Below are positions 11,324-22,199 of a stretch of DNA of 64,000 nt, piece by piece (the stretch's first letter is position 1; each line of letters opens with the position of its first letter). Source of the stretch: an uncultured delta proteobacterium. GTDB taxonomy: Bacteria; Myxococcota_A; Polyangia; Polyangiales; Polyangiaceae. The stretch spans positions 160,001-224,000 of the forward strand of contig CAVOKF010000005.1 of the NCBI GenBank assembly GCA_963696385.1, given 5' to 3'. The position numbers were made by a program, and so were the translations under genes. The notes beneath the pieces were generated by a model. It saw only the letters and a program-made list of their open reading frames with translations, searched no databases and was not told the origin of the DNA.

Positions 11324-11581
11324 TCAGCGCCGCCGCTCAATGCGGGACTTCCCCGCCGCACTTGCCTTGGCGTAGGGCCTCTGCGGCGTGGTGCGGCTTC
11401 CGACGAGTACGGGCCCGTTGGCGTGCATTTCCGGGTGAACGCTCGCGAGACCCTCAGTGCGTGCGAACCCGGCGAGGTCTCCAGCGTTGCGATCCATCCA
11501 CACGCTGAAACGACGCCAAAACGCACGCCCCGCTTCTTGGCCGAGCGGGACCCCATCGACGTGAACCTTCAGGGAACTCAT
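11324..11581 (-). CDS. Small hypothetical protein
   Basis: MSSLKVHVDGVPL..FWRRFSVWMD; globular composition; co-oriented between the activator gene and the atp operon. Confidence 0.6.
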   Translation of the reverse strand: MSSLKVHVDGVPLGQEAGRAFWRRFSVWMDRNAGDLAGFARTEGLASVHPEMHANGPVLVGSRTTPQRPYAKASAAGKSRIERRR

Positions 11582-11641
11582 GACCTTCCGATCGGCGCAT
11601 CGGATCGTCCAGCAATGCAGCAAACAACCGCACGATAGATA

Positions 11642-14600
11642 CTACAGAATCCCGAACTCCTTCAAGCGTCGATAGAATGTCCGGCGCGGCAGGTTGATGA
11701 GTTTCGCCGCTTGCACGCGGTTCCAATTGCTGGCGGTTAGGGCGCCAAGGATTCGCTCGCGCTCCGCAGCCTTGAACTCCTCCTTGCTCTTCGCGCCGGG
11801 AGGTGGCGAGGGTCGGGCTGGCGGATCATCTACCCGCAGATCGTTTCCTAGGCTTGGGTGCAGTTTGTCCGACGGGATCTCCAAGTCATCCGGCCGAATT
11901 TCTGTGCCCTCGGTCATGAGCCACGCGCTCAGAAGAATATGCTCGAGCTGTCGAACGTTACCCGGCCACGCATAACTGCAGAGCCTTCTCAGAGCCGCCC
12001 TCGATACGGTCTTGCGTTCACGGCGGTACCGCGTCGCGAAGCGCGACAGGAAAAAATCGATGAGTAGCGGAATGTCTTCCACGCGTTCGCGCAACGCGGG
12101 AACGTGCAGTTCGACGACATGAAGTCGGTAGAATAAGTCGGCCCGAAACGTGCCGTCCGAAACCATCCGGGTGAGGTCGCGGTGGGTGGCAGCAATGATT
12201 CGCGCGTCGACCGGCTCTTCGCGGGTTGCCCCGACGGGACGCACGCACTTCTCTTGCAGAACACGGAGCAAGCCCAATTGCATTTTTTGTGGCATCTCGC
12301 CGATTTCATCGAGCAAGAGGGTGCCTTGGTCGGCCTCTTGCAAGACGCCCCGGCGGTCCCGATCAGCACCGGTGAAGGCGCCTTTGACGGCACCGAAGAG
12401 CTCCGATTCCAGGAGGTTCGCGGGGATCGCGCCGCAATTCACGCCGACGAACGGCTTCTTGGCACGTGGACCAGCCTGGTGGACGGCGCGGGCGACCATC
12501 TCCTTGCCCGTGCCGCTCTCGCCCGTGACCAGCAGAGGAACGTCCGTGTCCTTCACGCGCTCGATGAGTGCGTAAAGACGCCGCATGGCGGCGCTCGTGC
12601 CGACAAGTCCCGCGTAGCCGAAGTGGCTTCGGAGCTCGGCGCGCACTTGCTTCAAGTCTCGGCGCGCCTCGGCAAGCTGTTCGGTTCTCTTGCCGAGCAT
12701 GCGAGCAAGCTCGTCGTGCGCTAAGGCGAGCTCTCCGTTGGCCCGTGCGAGCTCGTCGGCTCGGTCGCGGTTCTCGGTGAGGAGTCGGGCGTTTTCAATC
12801 GCGATCGCCGCTTGGTCTGCAAAAGCGCTGAGCGTCGGAACCTCGTGCTCGAACCGGACCCCTGGTCGCATTCGCGTCTCGACGTAGAGCGCTCCGATGG
12901 TCCGTCCGACGGGCGGTGCGCCTCGGATCGGCACGCAGGCGATCGATTGGATCATCAACTGATGCACACTGACCGCTTCGGCCAAGCGCTGGTCGTCGCG
13001 CGCGCTCAGCGTCACGACCGGCTCGCCGCTTTCGACGACGCGTTCGGCCACCGATCGCGAAAACCTTGCGTGCGGCTCGTCCGCGCCGCCGCGGGTTCGC
13101 GCGGTATGCGTTTCCAGTTCGCCGTTGTCTCCGATGAGCAGGACGAAGCCTCGCTCCGCGCCGAGCAACGCCACTGCGTGATCGGTGACTCGCGGCAGCA
13201 GCCGATCCATGTCGTGCTCGCTCGCCAACTCGCGGGTGATCGCCAGAATGCGGCTCAGCCGATCCTCGGCAAGGCGCCCCGTGAAGATCGAGGTCGTGCC
13301 GCTCGCCGTGCGCAAGACGCCGGCGGGAACAGCGACGCTCAGCGCCGGCGACGCGACCGTCGCCATGTGGGCCTGCCGCAAGGCGCGGCGGCGTGGATCG
13401 TCCCAGAAGACCTCGCGCAGGTCGCGCGGCAGTTTTGCGGCAATCTCCTCCAACATCGCGAGCGCGACCTCGGTGTCACGTCGCGCAGTCGCCATCGCGC
13501 CATGGAATGCGCCTAGGCGCGCTCGAGCGTCGAAGGCTTGCCAGGCCCACTCGCGCCTACCGGCCTGCTGCGCAGCCTCGATCGAGGCATTCAGCGCGCG
13601 CCGCGCCACGTCCTCCCTGCCTTCCGCCTGCGCGATTGCGCCAGCCACGAGTTGCGCGAGCGCTTCGTGCTCTCCGAGGCCGCCCTCTCCCGCTGCCCCG
13701 CGGATGGCGCTCAACTCGCGCGTGAGATCGTGGGGTGCGCCAGCGCCGGCGCGAGCGCGTGCGAGCAATCCCTCGAGCCTCGACTCCGCCGCGTCGTGCG
13801 TGCGACCTTGTGTTTGCCAAGCGCGCGCCGTCTCCTCGTAAAGGCGAACCGCGGCCTCGGCGTCGCCCGTGCGCGCGGCGTGTTCGGCCTCAAGCCCGAG
13901 AAGCTGGGCACAGGCCGCCGCGGACAGCTCGCTGCGCCGGGCAGCCAAGAGGTCGATGGACGCTCGGGCCCGCGCCCAGCGTCCGAGGTACAGATCGAGG
14001 TTGGCCAGATTGAGTAGCGCCTGGGTGACGGCCGCTCCACTGCCCGCGCGGCGTCCCATATCGACCGCCGCCTCTAGGTGCACGAGGGATTGTGCGAGGT
14101 CCCCTTCCGCTTGCGCGAGACCCGCGAGGTTGAGCCGGATCGTTGCTACCGTCGCGGCGTCTTGCGCCTTCTCCGCGGCGGCGAGCGCAGCTTCGTAAGC
14201 GTCGCGAGCCTCGAGCGATCGTCCGGCCCGCTGGTGCGCAATGGCGGCAGAGCCGAGGGCGACGGCCTCGACGCGGGGGTCGTTCAGCCGGCGAGCCACC
14301 TCGATTGCACGGTCGAGCGCCCCGCGTGCGCCAGCATCCTCGCCCGTCAGCGCGAGCGCAACCCCCCGGACGCTCAGCGCTTCGGCAGCCTGTACATCCG
14401 TCGCTCCCTCGCCGATGACGCTCTCCGCAAAGCTCGCCGCCTGCGCGTAGTGCCCCGCCCGCAGGCACGCGCGCGCACGTAGCGTTTTCCAGGTACGGGC
14501 CTGGCCCGCCGCAGTGCAGTCGTCCTCAATCGCAGTGAGATCGTTCAGCGCCCCTGCCGCGTCTCCTCGACCAATGGCCATTCGTGCTCCTGCGAGCCCC

Positions 14601-16090
14601 ATTCGCACCGCTTCGGCTCTTGTTAGCGGTCCACCGAGTGCGGTCAGCGCAGCGGCGGCGTCGTCGAACCGGCCGCGATCGAGCGCACGCTCAGCCTCGT
14701 CGAAGCCCTGGAGCCTGCTCGCCGCCGATGGCGTGGACGACGGATGATCGGCATCGAGCGCGCGCTCGACATCGTCGTCGCAGACGATGGGTCGCCCGGC
14801 CAATCGGCGGACGGCGGAGCGCAACGGCCCGGGGCGCCGCCCGGTTCGCTCGACCAGGCGGGCGCGAAGGGCATCTGGAAGCGACGGCACCGACCGTCGT
14901 ACAAGCTCTGCGGCCGCAGTCGAATCGAGAGGTGGCAAACCGAACGACTCGTGAACGCCGCTGGCGAGCGATGCCCATTCATGGAGCGGGCCGATGACGA
15001 CCAGCCGTGCTCCGGCTTCAGACGCACGGTGGAGCCTCGCTCGAGCTTCGCCGCCAATCTGATCCGCATCGTCGACGATGACGATTACCTCGGTCGGCAC
15101 TGTCTCGTGGGGCTGCAGTTCGAGATCGACCACTTCGTGCATGGCAATGCCGCTCGTGGGTGCCTCGATAAACGCAACGGCGCGGCCCTCCACGCCGAGC
15201 GTCCATGCTAGCCGCCGCGCTAACGTCGTCCTGCCCGATCCGTAAGGACCCTCGACGGCCAGGACGCTGCTTGGGCCGAGGGAGCGCACGCGCTTGAGCA
15301 GAAGCTGCGCGGTGGCGTCGAGGTCGAGAACCGGCCATGCTTCTTCGCTCGGCGCATGCGACGCAGGCAGCCCTGCAGCGCGCCTCAGCGCGCTCGCGAA
15401 CTCGTCGACGCTAGGCCATCGTGCCGCGGGAGACGCCTCGTTCGCCCGCGCTGCCACGCTCTCGAGTGCCGCACGAGTCTCCCTTGACAGATCGATCGCT
15501 CGTAGCTGGATCGCCTCGCTCAGCGTCATGCCGAGCGCATACACCTCTGCGCGAACCGTGATCGCCTCGCCGCGTAGAAGCTCGGGCGCTGCGTATTTTG
15601 GAGTAAGCCCAAGCGTCGGAGTGCCCCCTTCCCGCCAGGGTGCGGCCAGGCCCAAATCAACTAGTGTTCCGTGTCCGTCTTCACTGACGATGATGTTCGC
15701 CGGCTTCAGGTCCCCGTGCAGCAGCCCGGCGCGGTGCACCACCGTGAGCTGATCGCATGCGCTCGCAAGGGCACTGAGCCAGGCCGAGCCGTCTGCGCGC
15801 TGCAGGATTTCGTCAAGGCTTCGTCCTTCGACGAGCTCGCGTATCATGTAACGGCGCCCATCGTGGAGCGCTCCGAAGCCGACGACTCGTGGTACGCCGA
15901 GTCCCTCAAGTCCGCTCAGGGCAATGGCTTCTCGCACGAGCGCGCCAACTTCTCCTTCCCCTGCCCCATTCGAAAGCACTTTGAGGGCGAGTACCACCCC
16001 GCTCACCCGATCGCGCACGGACCAGACTTCGCCGGCGCCGCCCGCCCCGAGGCGCTGGATAGGCTCGTAGCGCGGCGGTAGACCGAGCAT
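11642..16090 (-). CDS. Ser/Thr kinase-NTPase-TPR-GAF-sigma54 activator-Fis HTH fusion
   Basis: LGAGGAGEV, ALK, HGDLKPAN, DLG; GPYGSGRT; TPR-like helices; GAF; GESGTGKE, GAFTGA, WPGNVRQL, HTH. Confidence 0.93.
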   Translation of the reverse strand: MLGLPPRYEPIQRLGAGGAGEVWSVRDRVSGVVLALKVLSNGAGEGEVGALVREAIALSGLEGLGVPRVVGFGALHDGRRYMIRELVEGRSLDEILQRADGSAWLSALASACDQLTVVHRAGLLHGDLKPANIIVSEDGHGTLVDLGLAAPWREGGTPTLGLTPKYAAPELLRGEAITVRAEVYALGMTLSEAIQLRAIDLSRETRAALESVAARANEASPAARWPSVDEFASALRRAAGLPASHAPSEEAWPVLDLDATAQLLLKRVRSLGPSSVLAVEGPYGSGRTTLARRLAWTLGVEGRAVAFIEAPTSGIAMHEVVDLELQPHETVPTEVIVIVDDADQIGGEARARLHRASEAGARLVVIGPLHEWASLASGVHESFGLPPLDSTAAAELVRRSVPSLPDALRARLVERTGRRPGPLRSAVRRLAGRPIVCDDDVERALDADHPSSTPSAASRLQGFDEAERALDRGRFDDAAAALTALGGPLTRAEAVRMGLAGARMAIGRGDAAGALNDLTAIEDDCTAAGQARTWKTLRARACLRAGHYAQAASFAESVIGEGATDVQAAEALSVRGVALALTGEDAGARGALDRAIEVARRLNDPRVEAVALGSAAIAHQRAGRSLEARDAYEAALAAAEKAQDAATVATIRLNLAGLAQAEGDLAQSLVHLEAAVDMGRRAGSGAAVTQALLNLANLDLYLGRWARARASIDLLAARRSELSAAACAQLLGLEAEHAARTGDAEAAVRLYEETARAWQTQGRTHDAAESRLEGLLARARAGAGAPHDLTRELSAIRGAAGEGGLGEHEALAQLVAGAIAQAEGREDVARRALNASIEAAQQAGRREWAWQAFDARARLGAFHGAMATARRDTEVALAMLEEIAAKLPRDLREVFWDDPRRRALRQAHMATVASPALSVAVPAGVLRTASGTTSIFTGRLAEDRLSRILAITRELASEHDMDRLLPRVTDHAVALLGAERGFVLLIGDNGELETHTARTRGGADEPHARFSRSVAERVVESGEPVVTLSARDDQRLAEAVSVHQLMIQSIACVPIRGAPPVGRTIGALYVETRMRPGVRFEHEVPTLSAFADQAAIAIENARLLTENRDRADELARANGELALAHDELARMLGKRTEQLAEARRDLKQVRAELRSHFGYAGLVGTSAAMRRLYALIERVKDTDVPLLVTGESGTGKEMVARAVHQAGPRAKKPFVGVNCGAIPANLLESELFGAVKGAFTGADRDRRGVLQEADQGTLLLDEIGEMPQKMQLGLLRVLQEKCVRPVGATREEPVDARIIAATHRDLTRMVSDGTFRADLFYRLHVVELHVPALRERVEDIPLLIDFFLSRFATRYRRERKTVSRAALRRLCSYAWPGNVRQLEHILLSAWLMTEGTEIRPDDLEIPSDKLHPSLGNDLRVDDPPARPSPPPGAKSKEEFKAAERERILGALTASNWNRVQAAKLINLPRRTFYRRLKEFGIL

Positions 16091-16096
16091 TCCGAC

Positions 16097-17308
16097 TCAG
16101 AGTGTATCGCGGAACGGCGTGCGTAGCTGCGTTTCGTGGTTCGTTGCGTGCCCAGCACTCGCCGCGTCCTCCTTGCGCTCCAGGCCGTAGTCCGCGCTGA
16201 GCCCGAACCAGAAGCCGGTCAGCGAGAAGCCGACGCTGAGCCGTGTCTCCAGTTGCTTGATGGGCTTATACCTAAGACTTAATTGCGGAATGGCGATATG
16301 CGGAAATATCACGGGCACAGGTCCTCCGTTCAACCAGTTGGCCTCGTTGTAGCCGCCGACCTTGTGGGGATTGGGGTCGGTGTGCTGGCTCGGATCGCAG
16401 CCGTTCGTGAGTCCGACGGCGTCGGCCGGAGCGGCGGTCGTCTGGCACTCGGTGTAATGGTTGCCGTTGCTGCCAACAAGCGGTCCGTTCGAGGTTTGGC
16501 TCACCCAGTTGTTGCCGAGACTACCGAAGACGAAGCCAATGCCGACGCCGAACCCGTACTCGAAGTCAAAATGCCTCGCGATAGGCGTGCTCCATAGCTC
16601 ATCAATGCCGAGGTAGATCGCTTTCAGACTACTATTGACGACGCTATAATTGTTCGCTACGTCCGCCGATCCTTTTTGAAAAAAAAGGATGTTTCCGGTA
16701 TTGTAGTCTGCATATTGAATCCAAGGAATCATCGATTGTCCGGCGCTTCGAATATCGAATTCTGCGCCAATGGTATTGGAGTAAATCGTTTCTCCATCGT
16801 TGACAAAAATGTTTTCGATAAATTTTGGAATGATCGTACCGCGATAACGGACGCCGGTGAACAGATAGCGCTTGTTCGGGTATTCCGTCGTATCGGTGAT
16901 AGCGTCGCTCTCGGGTGGCGCGATGCTGGGCAGCGATGTGGCGACGGGCGTCCCCAGCAAGGCGGGTGGAGGCCCCGCGGGCGCGACCGGGCCTGGATTT
17001 GGAGCCGAGCGCGACGAGCCCTCGCGAAGGGCCGGGGCCCCGGATTCGCCCTGCGATGGCGATTCGGAGTCTGAGGGGGCCGGCGTCACTTTTTTCTTGT
17101 GTTTCGGCGGTGCGATCTGGCTTTGGTCAGGATTTTCGGCTTGTGCGAAAGCGGGCGGTCCGATGACACATGCGGCTAGGGCCAACACGAGCGTAGCCCC
17201 GGCCGTCATCCAACGACGGATGCGACCGCGTTCGCGCAGAGCCCGATGGGACCGACGTGCGGAAGGGTAGGCAAGGCTCACCATGGCAGGACCTCCGGTC
17301 GAAAGCAC
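16097..17308 (-). CDS. Secreted hypothetical protein, probable outer-membrane beta-barrel
   Basis: Signal-like LVLALAACVIGPPAFA, Pro-rich linker, amphipathic aromatic/Gly strands (FDFEYGFGVGIGFVFG, GFWFGLSADYG); start uncertain. Confidence 0.6.
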   Translation of the reverse strand: MLSTGGPAMVSLAYPSARRSHRALRERGRIRRWMTAGATLVLALAACVIGPPAFAQAENPDQSQIAPPKHKKKVTPAPSDSESPSQGESGAPALREGSSRSAPNPGPVAPAGPPPALLGTPVATSLPSIAPPESDAITDTTEYPNKRYLFTGVRYRGTIIPKFIENIFVNDGETIYSNTIGAEFDIRSAGQSMIPWIQYADYNTGNILFFQKGSADVANNYSVVNSSLKAIYLGIDELWSTPIARHFDFEYGFGVGIGFVFGSLGNNWVSQTSNGPLVGSNGNHYTECQTTAAPADAVGLTNGCDPSQHTDPNPHKVGGYNEANWLNGGPVPVIFPHIAIPQLSLRYKPIKQLETRLSVGFSLTGFWFGLSADYGLERKEDAASAGHATNHETQLRTPFRDTL

Positions 17309-17492
17309 GCGAGAGCGAGCGAGACGCGTGGGATGCTACACTAGAGACCGGTGCGCGCGTCCTCACAAGTGCGCGGACAATCTACTGATCCTGCGCATCA
17401 GCGGGACGTCGAACAGGTGCGCGAAAGCGAAAGCTTCCAAAAGGAAATCATCCTGGCGGCTTCGGCGCCTTACGACGGGCGCGACGACGCGT

Positions 17493-17792
17493 TCACTCTG
17501 CAGCGTCGCGCTTGCGCGCTGAAAGCCGCTGCTCGCCCCTTATCTGCGCGAGTTCGTCCTCGAATTTGCGCAGCGTTCGACGCATGTCATTCACGTCGGC
17601 TCTTGTCGCTAGGGCCATCGCTTTCGCGACGTTCTCGAGCTGCTCCTGCGCGAAGCTTTGTGCCTTGCCCGGCAGGCTCATGGCCGCCATGACCGCTCGC
17701 ATGATCCGCTCGTCCTGAAGCACCTTGGCGACGCGCGGGTCGCTCATGAGCCTTAGACCCTGCCTTAATACGGTTCGTTTGAGAGAGCTCAT
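17493..17792 (-). CDS. Small helical hypothetical protein (phasin-like C-terminus)
   Basis: LATRADVNDMRRTLRKFEDEL coiled coil; follows prkA. Confidence 0.6.
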   Translation of the reverse strand: MSSLKRTVLRQGLRLMSDPRVAKVLQDERIMRAVMAAMSLPGKAQSFAQEQLENVAKAMALATRADVNDMRRTLRKFEDELAQIRGEQRLSARKRDAAE

Positions 17793-17835
17793 CGGTCCGC
17801 GTCTTTAGGCCGCTCCCGCATCTTGCGCAACGCGA

Positions 17836-19911
17836 TCAATCCTTGGCATCGCCCCGAGCGAAGATCGATGCGACGTAGTTGAGTACGTCGGTCGCGCTGA
17901 CCTCGTTGTACCCGAAGTTCTTTATGAGCCGCGACTTGATGATGTCGATTTTCTCCTGCGTGTCCTTGTCGACGACCGCGCTGACCAGCGTCTTCAGCTT
18001 GATGCTGTCCTTCTGGTCTTCGAACAGTTTGAGCTCGAGTGCGCGACGCAGACGATCGTTCGTGTTCCATTCGAACCGCTTTCCGTCTACGGCGAGCGCG
18101 CCGATGAAATTCATGATCTCGCGGCGGAAGTCGTCTTTCCTGTTCTCAGGGATGTCGATCTTCTCTTCGATTGAGCGCATCAATCGTTCGTCGGGATCCT
18201 CATCTTGCCCCGTGTACCGGTTTTTCACTCGCTCCTTGAGCGTGAAGGCCTTGATGTTGTCGATATAGTTCGCTGCAAGTTTGCTGATTGCATCTTCATC
18301 GGCACTAATGGCTCGCTGCACTTCATTTTTCACGATCTCCTCGTATTCGCGCTTGACCATACCGATGACCTCTCCGAAGCGCTTGCGCATGTCGTCGCTC
18401 GTGATGAGCGAATGATGACGTAGGCCCTTCTCGAGTTCGTTCAACACCATGAATGGGTTGATTGTTCCTTCGCCGGCTTCATTGACGAGCGCATTCGAGA
18501 TCTTGTCTTGGACGTAGCGTGGTGAAACGCCTTCCATTCCCTCTCGCTTGGATTCCTTGCGCAATTCCTTGACGGTGTCCTGAGTGTAACCTGGCAGGAC
18601 CTTGCCGTCGTAGAGCTTGAGCTTCTGGAGGAGAGACAGGTTGTGCTTCTTCGGGTCCTCTAGGCGCGTCAGTACGGCCCACATCGCCGCCACTTCGAGC
18701 GTGTGAGGCGCGATATGTTTGCCCTTGATCTTGCGAGAATTGAAGTCCTTCTCATAGATGCGAACTTCCTCGGTCAGCTTCGTGATGTAGGGGATGTCGA
18801 TCTTAATCGTCCGGTCGCGCAGGGCCTCCATGAACTCGTTGTTCAGGAGCTTCTTGTATTCGGCCTCGTTCGTGTGACCGATGATGACCTCGTCGATGTC
18901 GGTCTGGGCGAATTTTTTCGGCTTGATTTTGTGTTCCTGAGTCGCTCCGAGAAGGTCGTAAAGGAACGCTACGTCGAGCTTGAGGATCTCGATGAACTCC
19001 AACATACCCCGATTGGCGATGTTGAATTCTCCGTCGAAGTTGAAGGCGCGTGGGTCGGAGTCAGATCCATACTCCGCTATTTTTCGATAATTGATATCGC
19101 CCGTGAGCTCGGTTGAATCCTGGTTTTTTTCGTCCTTTGGTTGAAAGGTGCCGATGCCCACGCGATCCTTTTCGCTCAAAACGAGACGTCGCACGCGAAC
19201 ATGATTGCGGACGACCTTCGCCCAGTCGCCCTCGTATCGTTGCAGCAGGGCATTGAAGATGAAACGGCTCGCCGGATCGAGATCGCCATCGACTCGGACT
19301 TTGAATTTGTCATTCGACAAGCCCAGCTGGTCGATGGCCTTTGCGCGCCACTCGGGAGGGATCACGCGAAGAGGCTCTTCGTTCATCGCGCTCGGAAACC
19401 TGTCGATGTCCGTGCTGGCAACGCCTGCGATGCCGAGTCCTGCGAGTCCCGCCCAATCGAACGTGTACAGCGCGCCATCCGCTGAGCGGGAATACTGCTC
19501 GACCCCAAGCTTCAACAGTCGCGCAATCGTGCTCTTCGACGAACCAACGGGTCCATGAAGCAATATGACGCGACGCTCTGGCCCGTACCCCTCTGCCGCG
19601 GCCTTGAGCACGTGCACGAGGCGCATCAGCGGAATGTCGAGACCGAAGATGGCGTTCGCGCCTCCGTTGTGCTCGTCTTTAAAAAAGTTGTAGCGTACAA
19701 GCTTCTTCTTGTTGTCGATGTATTCTTCGGTTCCGTAGCTAATGATCATGTCGTAGAGGCGTTGGTACGCGTTTCGCGTTACCTGGGGCCTTTCCCGTAC
19801 GATTCCGAGATATTCTTCGAAGCCGCCGTCCCAGTGCAGTTCGCGATACAGCTGGAAATCTTGCATCGCGGCGATGCGGTCGGTCATGTTGGACAGGCGT
19901 GTTTCGGCCAT
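17836..19911 (-). CDS. prkA: PrkA/YeaG family AAA serine protein kinase
   Basis: [36 protein letters not shown]. Confidence 0.92.
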   Translation of the reverse strand: MAETRLSNMTDRIAAMQDFQLYRELHWDGGFEEYLGIVRERPQVTRNAYQRLYDMIISYGTEEYIDNKKKLVRYNFFKDEHNGGANAIFGLDIPLMRLVHVLKAAAEGYGPERRVILLHGPVGSSKSTIARLLKLGVEQYSRSADGALYTFDWAGLAGLGIAGVASTDIDRFPSAMNEEPLRVIPPEWRAKAIDQLGLSNDKFKVRVDGDLDPASRFIFNALLQRYEGDWAKVVRNHVRVRRLVLSEKDRVGIGTFQPKDEKNQDSTELTGDINYRKIAEYGSDSDPRAFNFDGEFNIANRGMLEFIEILKLDVAFLYDLLGATQEHKIKPKKFAQTDIDEVIIGHTNEAEYKKLLNNEFMEALRDRTIKIDIPYITKLTEEVRIYEKDFNSRKIKGKHIAPHTLEVAAMWAVLTRLEDPKKHNLSLLQKLKLYDGKVLPGYTQDTVKELRKESKREGMEGVSPRYVQDKISNALVNEAGEGTINPFMVLNELEKGLRHHSLITSDDMRKRFGEVIGMVKREYEEIVKNEVQRAISADEDAISKLAANYIDNIKAFTLKERVKNRYTGQDEDPDERLMRSIEEKIDIPENRKDDFRREIMNFIGALAVDGKRFEWNTNDRLRRALELKLFEDQKDSIKLKTLVSAVVDKDTQEKIDIIKSRLIKNFGYNEVSATDVLNYVASIFARGDAKD

Positions 19912-20127
19912 CGGATTTGCCTCTTCGATCCAGGGCGTTGAGCCGCGCGACGAGAAAGTTCATTCACCATACCATCGGAACGCGCCGGCGAAAGTTCGGG
20001 TGTCTGCGGTGTCATCAAGCTCCGTTGCCTACGAGCAGGCCCAGCTAGGCCGTGCGCCGCTGAGCGCAAGACGTGCTAAACATGCGGTGGGAGTTGTGAG
20101 GGTCGCTCCGCCGCCCCACCGCCGAAC

Positions 20128-21627
20128 ATGGGCTCGACACTTGCAGGGTGCACCCCCCAGGCTGAAGCAGTGGCGAATGCAGCCCGGATACCCCTCCGTA
20201 TGCCGTCGGGCGAATGGTCGATAACCCGTCGATTCGGCCCGTTCCTGTTCGCAGGCGCTATACCGTTGGCTTCCGGATGCGCTGCGGACGAGATGGATCC
20301 ACGCGGCGCGGAGTTTGCGGAGCCGATCGGCTATACGCTCCCGTCCGCGTCCAGAAGTGCGATCACGCCGGCCAGCTCGCCGCAGCCTCCGATCGCCAAC
20401 GGCCCAGCGTTCTCAGACGAGGTTGTCGTTGGTGCCGAAGCGGACGGCGACGATCCGAACGGCGCGGTCCGAACACCCGATGCGGACGGTTACGCCGATG
20501 ACGATCCTGCCGCGCTCACCGACTTTCGGGCTCCGCTCGAGCCGTATGGTTCGTGGGTGGAAGATCCAACGTACGGCACCGTGTGGGTGCCGTCTCCGGA
20601 TGTCGTCGGCGACAATTTCACACCTTACGTTACCGAGGGGCATTGGGCTTACGATGACGACTACGTTTGGGTCAGCGACTACGACTGGGGCTGGGTGCCC
20701 TTCCATTACGGCCGATGGGCTTACGGACAGGCACTCGGGTGGGAGTGGATCCCGGGACGGAGCTACGCCGGGGCTTGGGTTTCGTGGCGTTACGCGAACG
20801 GCGGTGCGGGGCGCCCCCTCTACGTTGGCTGGGCGGCGCTCCCACCGACCTTGGGTTGGCGCGGTGGCGCGGCCGAAAGCCTTGGCTCTGTTCGGCGGTC
20901 GCCCTATGCGTTCGTCGCGACGCGCAATCTATTCGCCAATTCTCTGGCGTCGCATGTCATTGCAGGACCCCCGATGGACGCGGCTCAAACGCAGCCTTGG
21001 GCGGCGCAATCCCGCAGCGCCGCCGATCTCCGCGGCGACCCGATCGGGCGTGGCGGACCTTCTCCAGCTGCTCTCGGCATCCCGTCATCGTCGGTCGTTC
21101 ACACCCGCGTTGATGATCGAGGGGTGCTGCAGGCTCGCGCTTTCGCACGCCCGAGCACAGCAGTCGCTCTGGGGGCGCATGCGCCTGCGGGCGGCGCCGT
21201 GCGTGGGTCGTGGGCCGCTTCGTCGCGCCACGTAGCGACGACGACGCTCGGAAGAGCGGCTCCATCGGCATATGGCGTCCCGGGGGCGTCACACTTTGGT
21301 GGACGACTCGGTGCAGGATTCATAGGTAGTCCTGCTGCCGAGGCGCCGATGAGGGGACCATCCTACCGTTCGAGCGGTCCATATCTCGGTGGGCCGGGTT
21401 ACTCGGTCCCGGCCGCTCGCGCTCAGGATGCGCCCGCCTACACCGGACGGTCGTATCGCGGACCCGGCGGCGGCGCCGGTGCCTCGAGTGGCCCTCCTTC
21501 GACAGCCGCTCATGGCGACGGCATCCCGTCGGGTGGGGGAGGGGGGGCACCTCCGGGCGGCGGCCAGTCCCACAGCGAGGGCGGAGGCCGGGGCGGGGGC
21601 GGTCGCGGCGGCGGTGGACGCCGCTGA
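20128..21627 (+). CDS. DUF6600-like Trp/Tyr/Gly-rich exported protein with Gly-rich tail
   Basis: LEPYGSWVEDPTYGTVWVP, WGWVPFHYGRW; possible lipobox LASG-C if the start is 20200. Confidence 0.75.
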   Translation: MGSTLAGCTPQAEAVANAARIPLRMPSGEWSITRRFGPFLFAGAIPLASGCAADEMDPRGAEFAEPIGYTLPSASRSAITPASSPQPPIANGPAFSDEVVVGAEADGDDPNGAVRTPDADGYADDDPAALTDFRAPLEPYGSWVEDPTYGTVWVPSPDVVGDNFTPYVTEGHWAYDDDYVWVSDYDWGWVPFHYGRWAYGQALGWEWIPGRSYAGAWVSWRYANGGAGRPLYVGWAALPPTLGWRGGAAESLGSVRRSPYAFVATRNLFANSLASHVIAGPPMDAAQTQPWAAQSRSAADLRGDPIGRGGPSPAALGIPSSSVVHTRVDDRGVLQARAFARPSTAVALGAHAPAGGAVRGSWAASSRHVATTTLGRAAPSAYGVPGASHFGGRLGAGFIGSPAAEAPMRGPSYRSSGPYLGGPGYSVPAARAQDAPAYTGRSYRGPGGGAGASSGPPSTAAHGDGIPSGGGGGAPPGGGQSHSEGGGRGGGGRGGGGRR

Positions 21628-21728
21628 GGCATCGGTTGCGTTCAACCTGGCCGAGCCGATCGTCGAGCCATGAGCAGCTCGAACGATCGCACGAGCATCT
21701 GACTCATTTTCGACAGTCGGAAAATGAG

Positions 21729-22196
21729 TCAGAGGATGTCGGGGAGTCGTCGTACGTCACCGCTTGGGACGCGATAAAGCGCGCCGGATCGCGGATCGCG
21801 CGCCTCCGGTACGAGTTCGAGCATCGGAACAAGCGCAAATGCGCGTTCAAGCAAATGCGGATGCGGCACGGCGAGCTCGAGAGTGTCGACGAGGCGGCCC
21901 TCAATCCATAGAATATCGAGATCGATCGTACGGGGTCCCCAACGCTCGCCGCGGACTCGTCCGAGCTTCATCTCGATGGCCAGGAGCGCGTCGAGCAAAT
22001 CTGCCGGGCATCCGCGGAATCGAATGAGTAGGGCCGCGTTCAGAAATTCTCCCTGAGCAGGTCCAACTGGCGCGGTTGCGTATACATGCGAGCGCCCATC
22101 CACCAGCGCAACGTGTGCGAGGGCGTCCGCGGCAGCGCGCATGGTGCTCAGCCGATCGCCGAGGTTGGCTCCGACCCCGACGACTACGCGGAGCAT
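21729..22196 (-). CDS. folK: 2-amino-4-hydroxy-6-hydroxymethyldihydropteridine diphosphokinase
   Basis: GANLGDR, FLNAA, WGPRTIDLDIL, PHPHLLERAF. Confidence 0.95.
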   Translation of the reverse strand: MLRVVVGVGANLGDRLSTMRAAADALAHVALVDGRSHVYATAPVGPAQGEFLNAALLIRFRGCPADLLDALLAIEMKLGRVRGERWGPRTIDLDILWIEGRLVDTLELAVPHPHLLERAFALVPMLELVPEARDPRSGALYRVPSGDVRRLPDIL

Positions 22197-22199
22197 CCG

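Noticed and set aside
17400..17475. Small hairpins (CGC-GAAA-GCG, TTCC-AAAA-GGAA) in an intergenic region
   Set aside because: Stems are too short to distinguish from chance, and they match no known RNA family
21470..21627. G-rich runs as a possible repeat or G-quadruplex
   Set aside because: Explained by the Gly/Arg-rich protein tail
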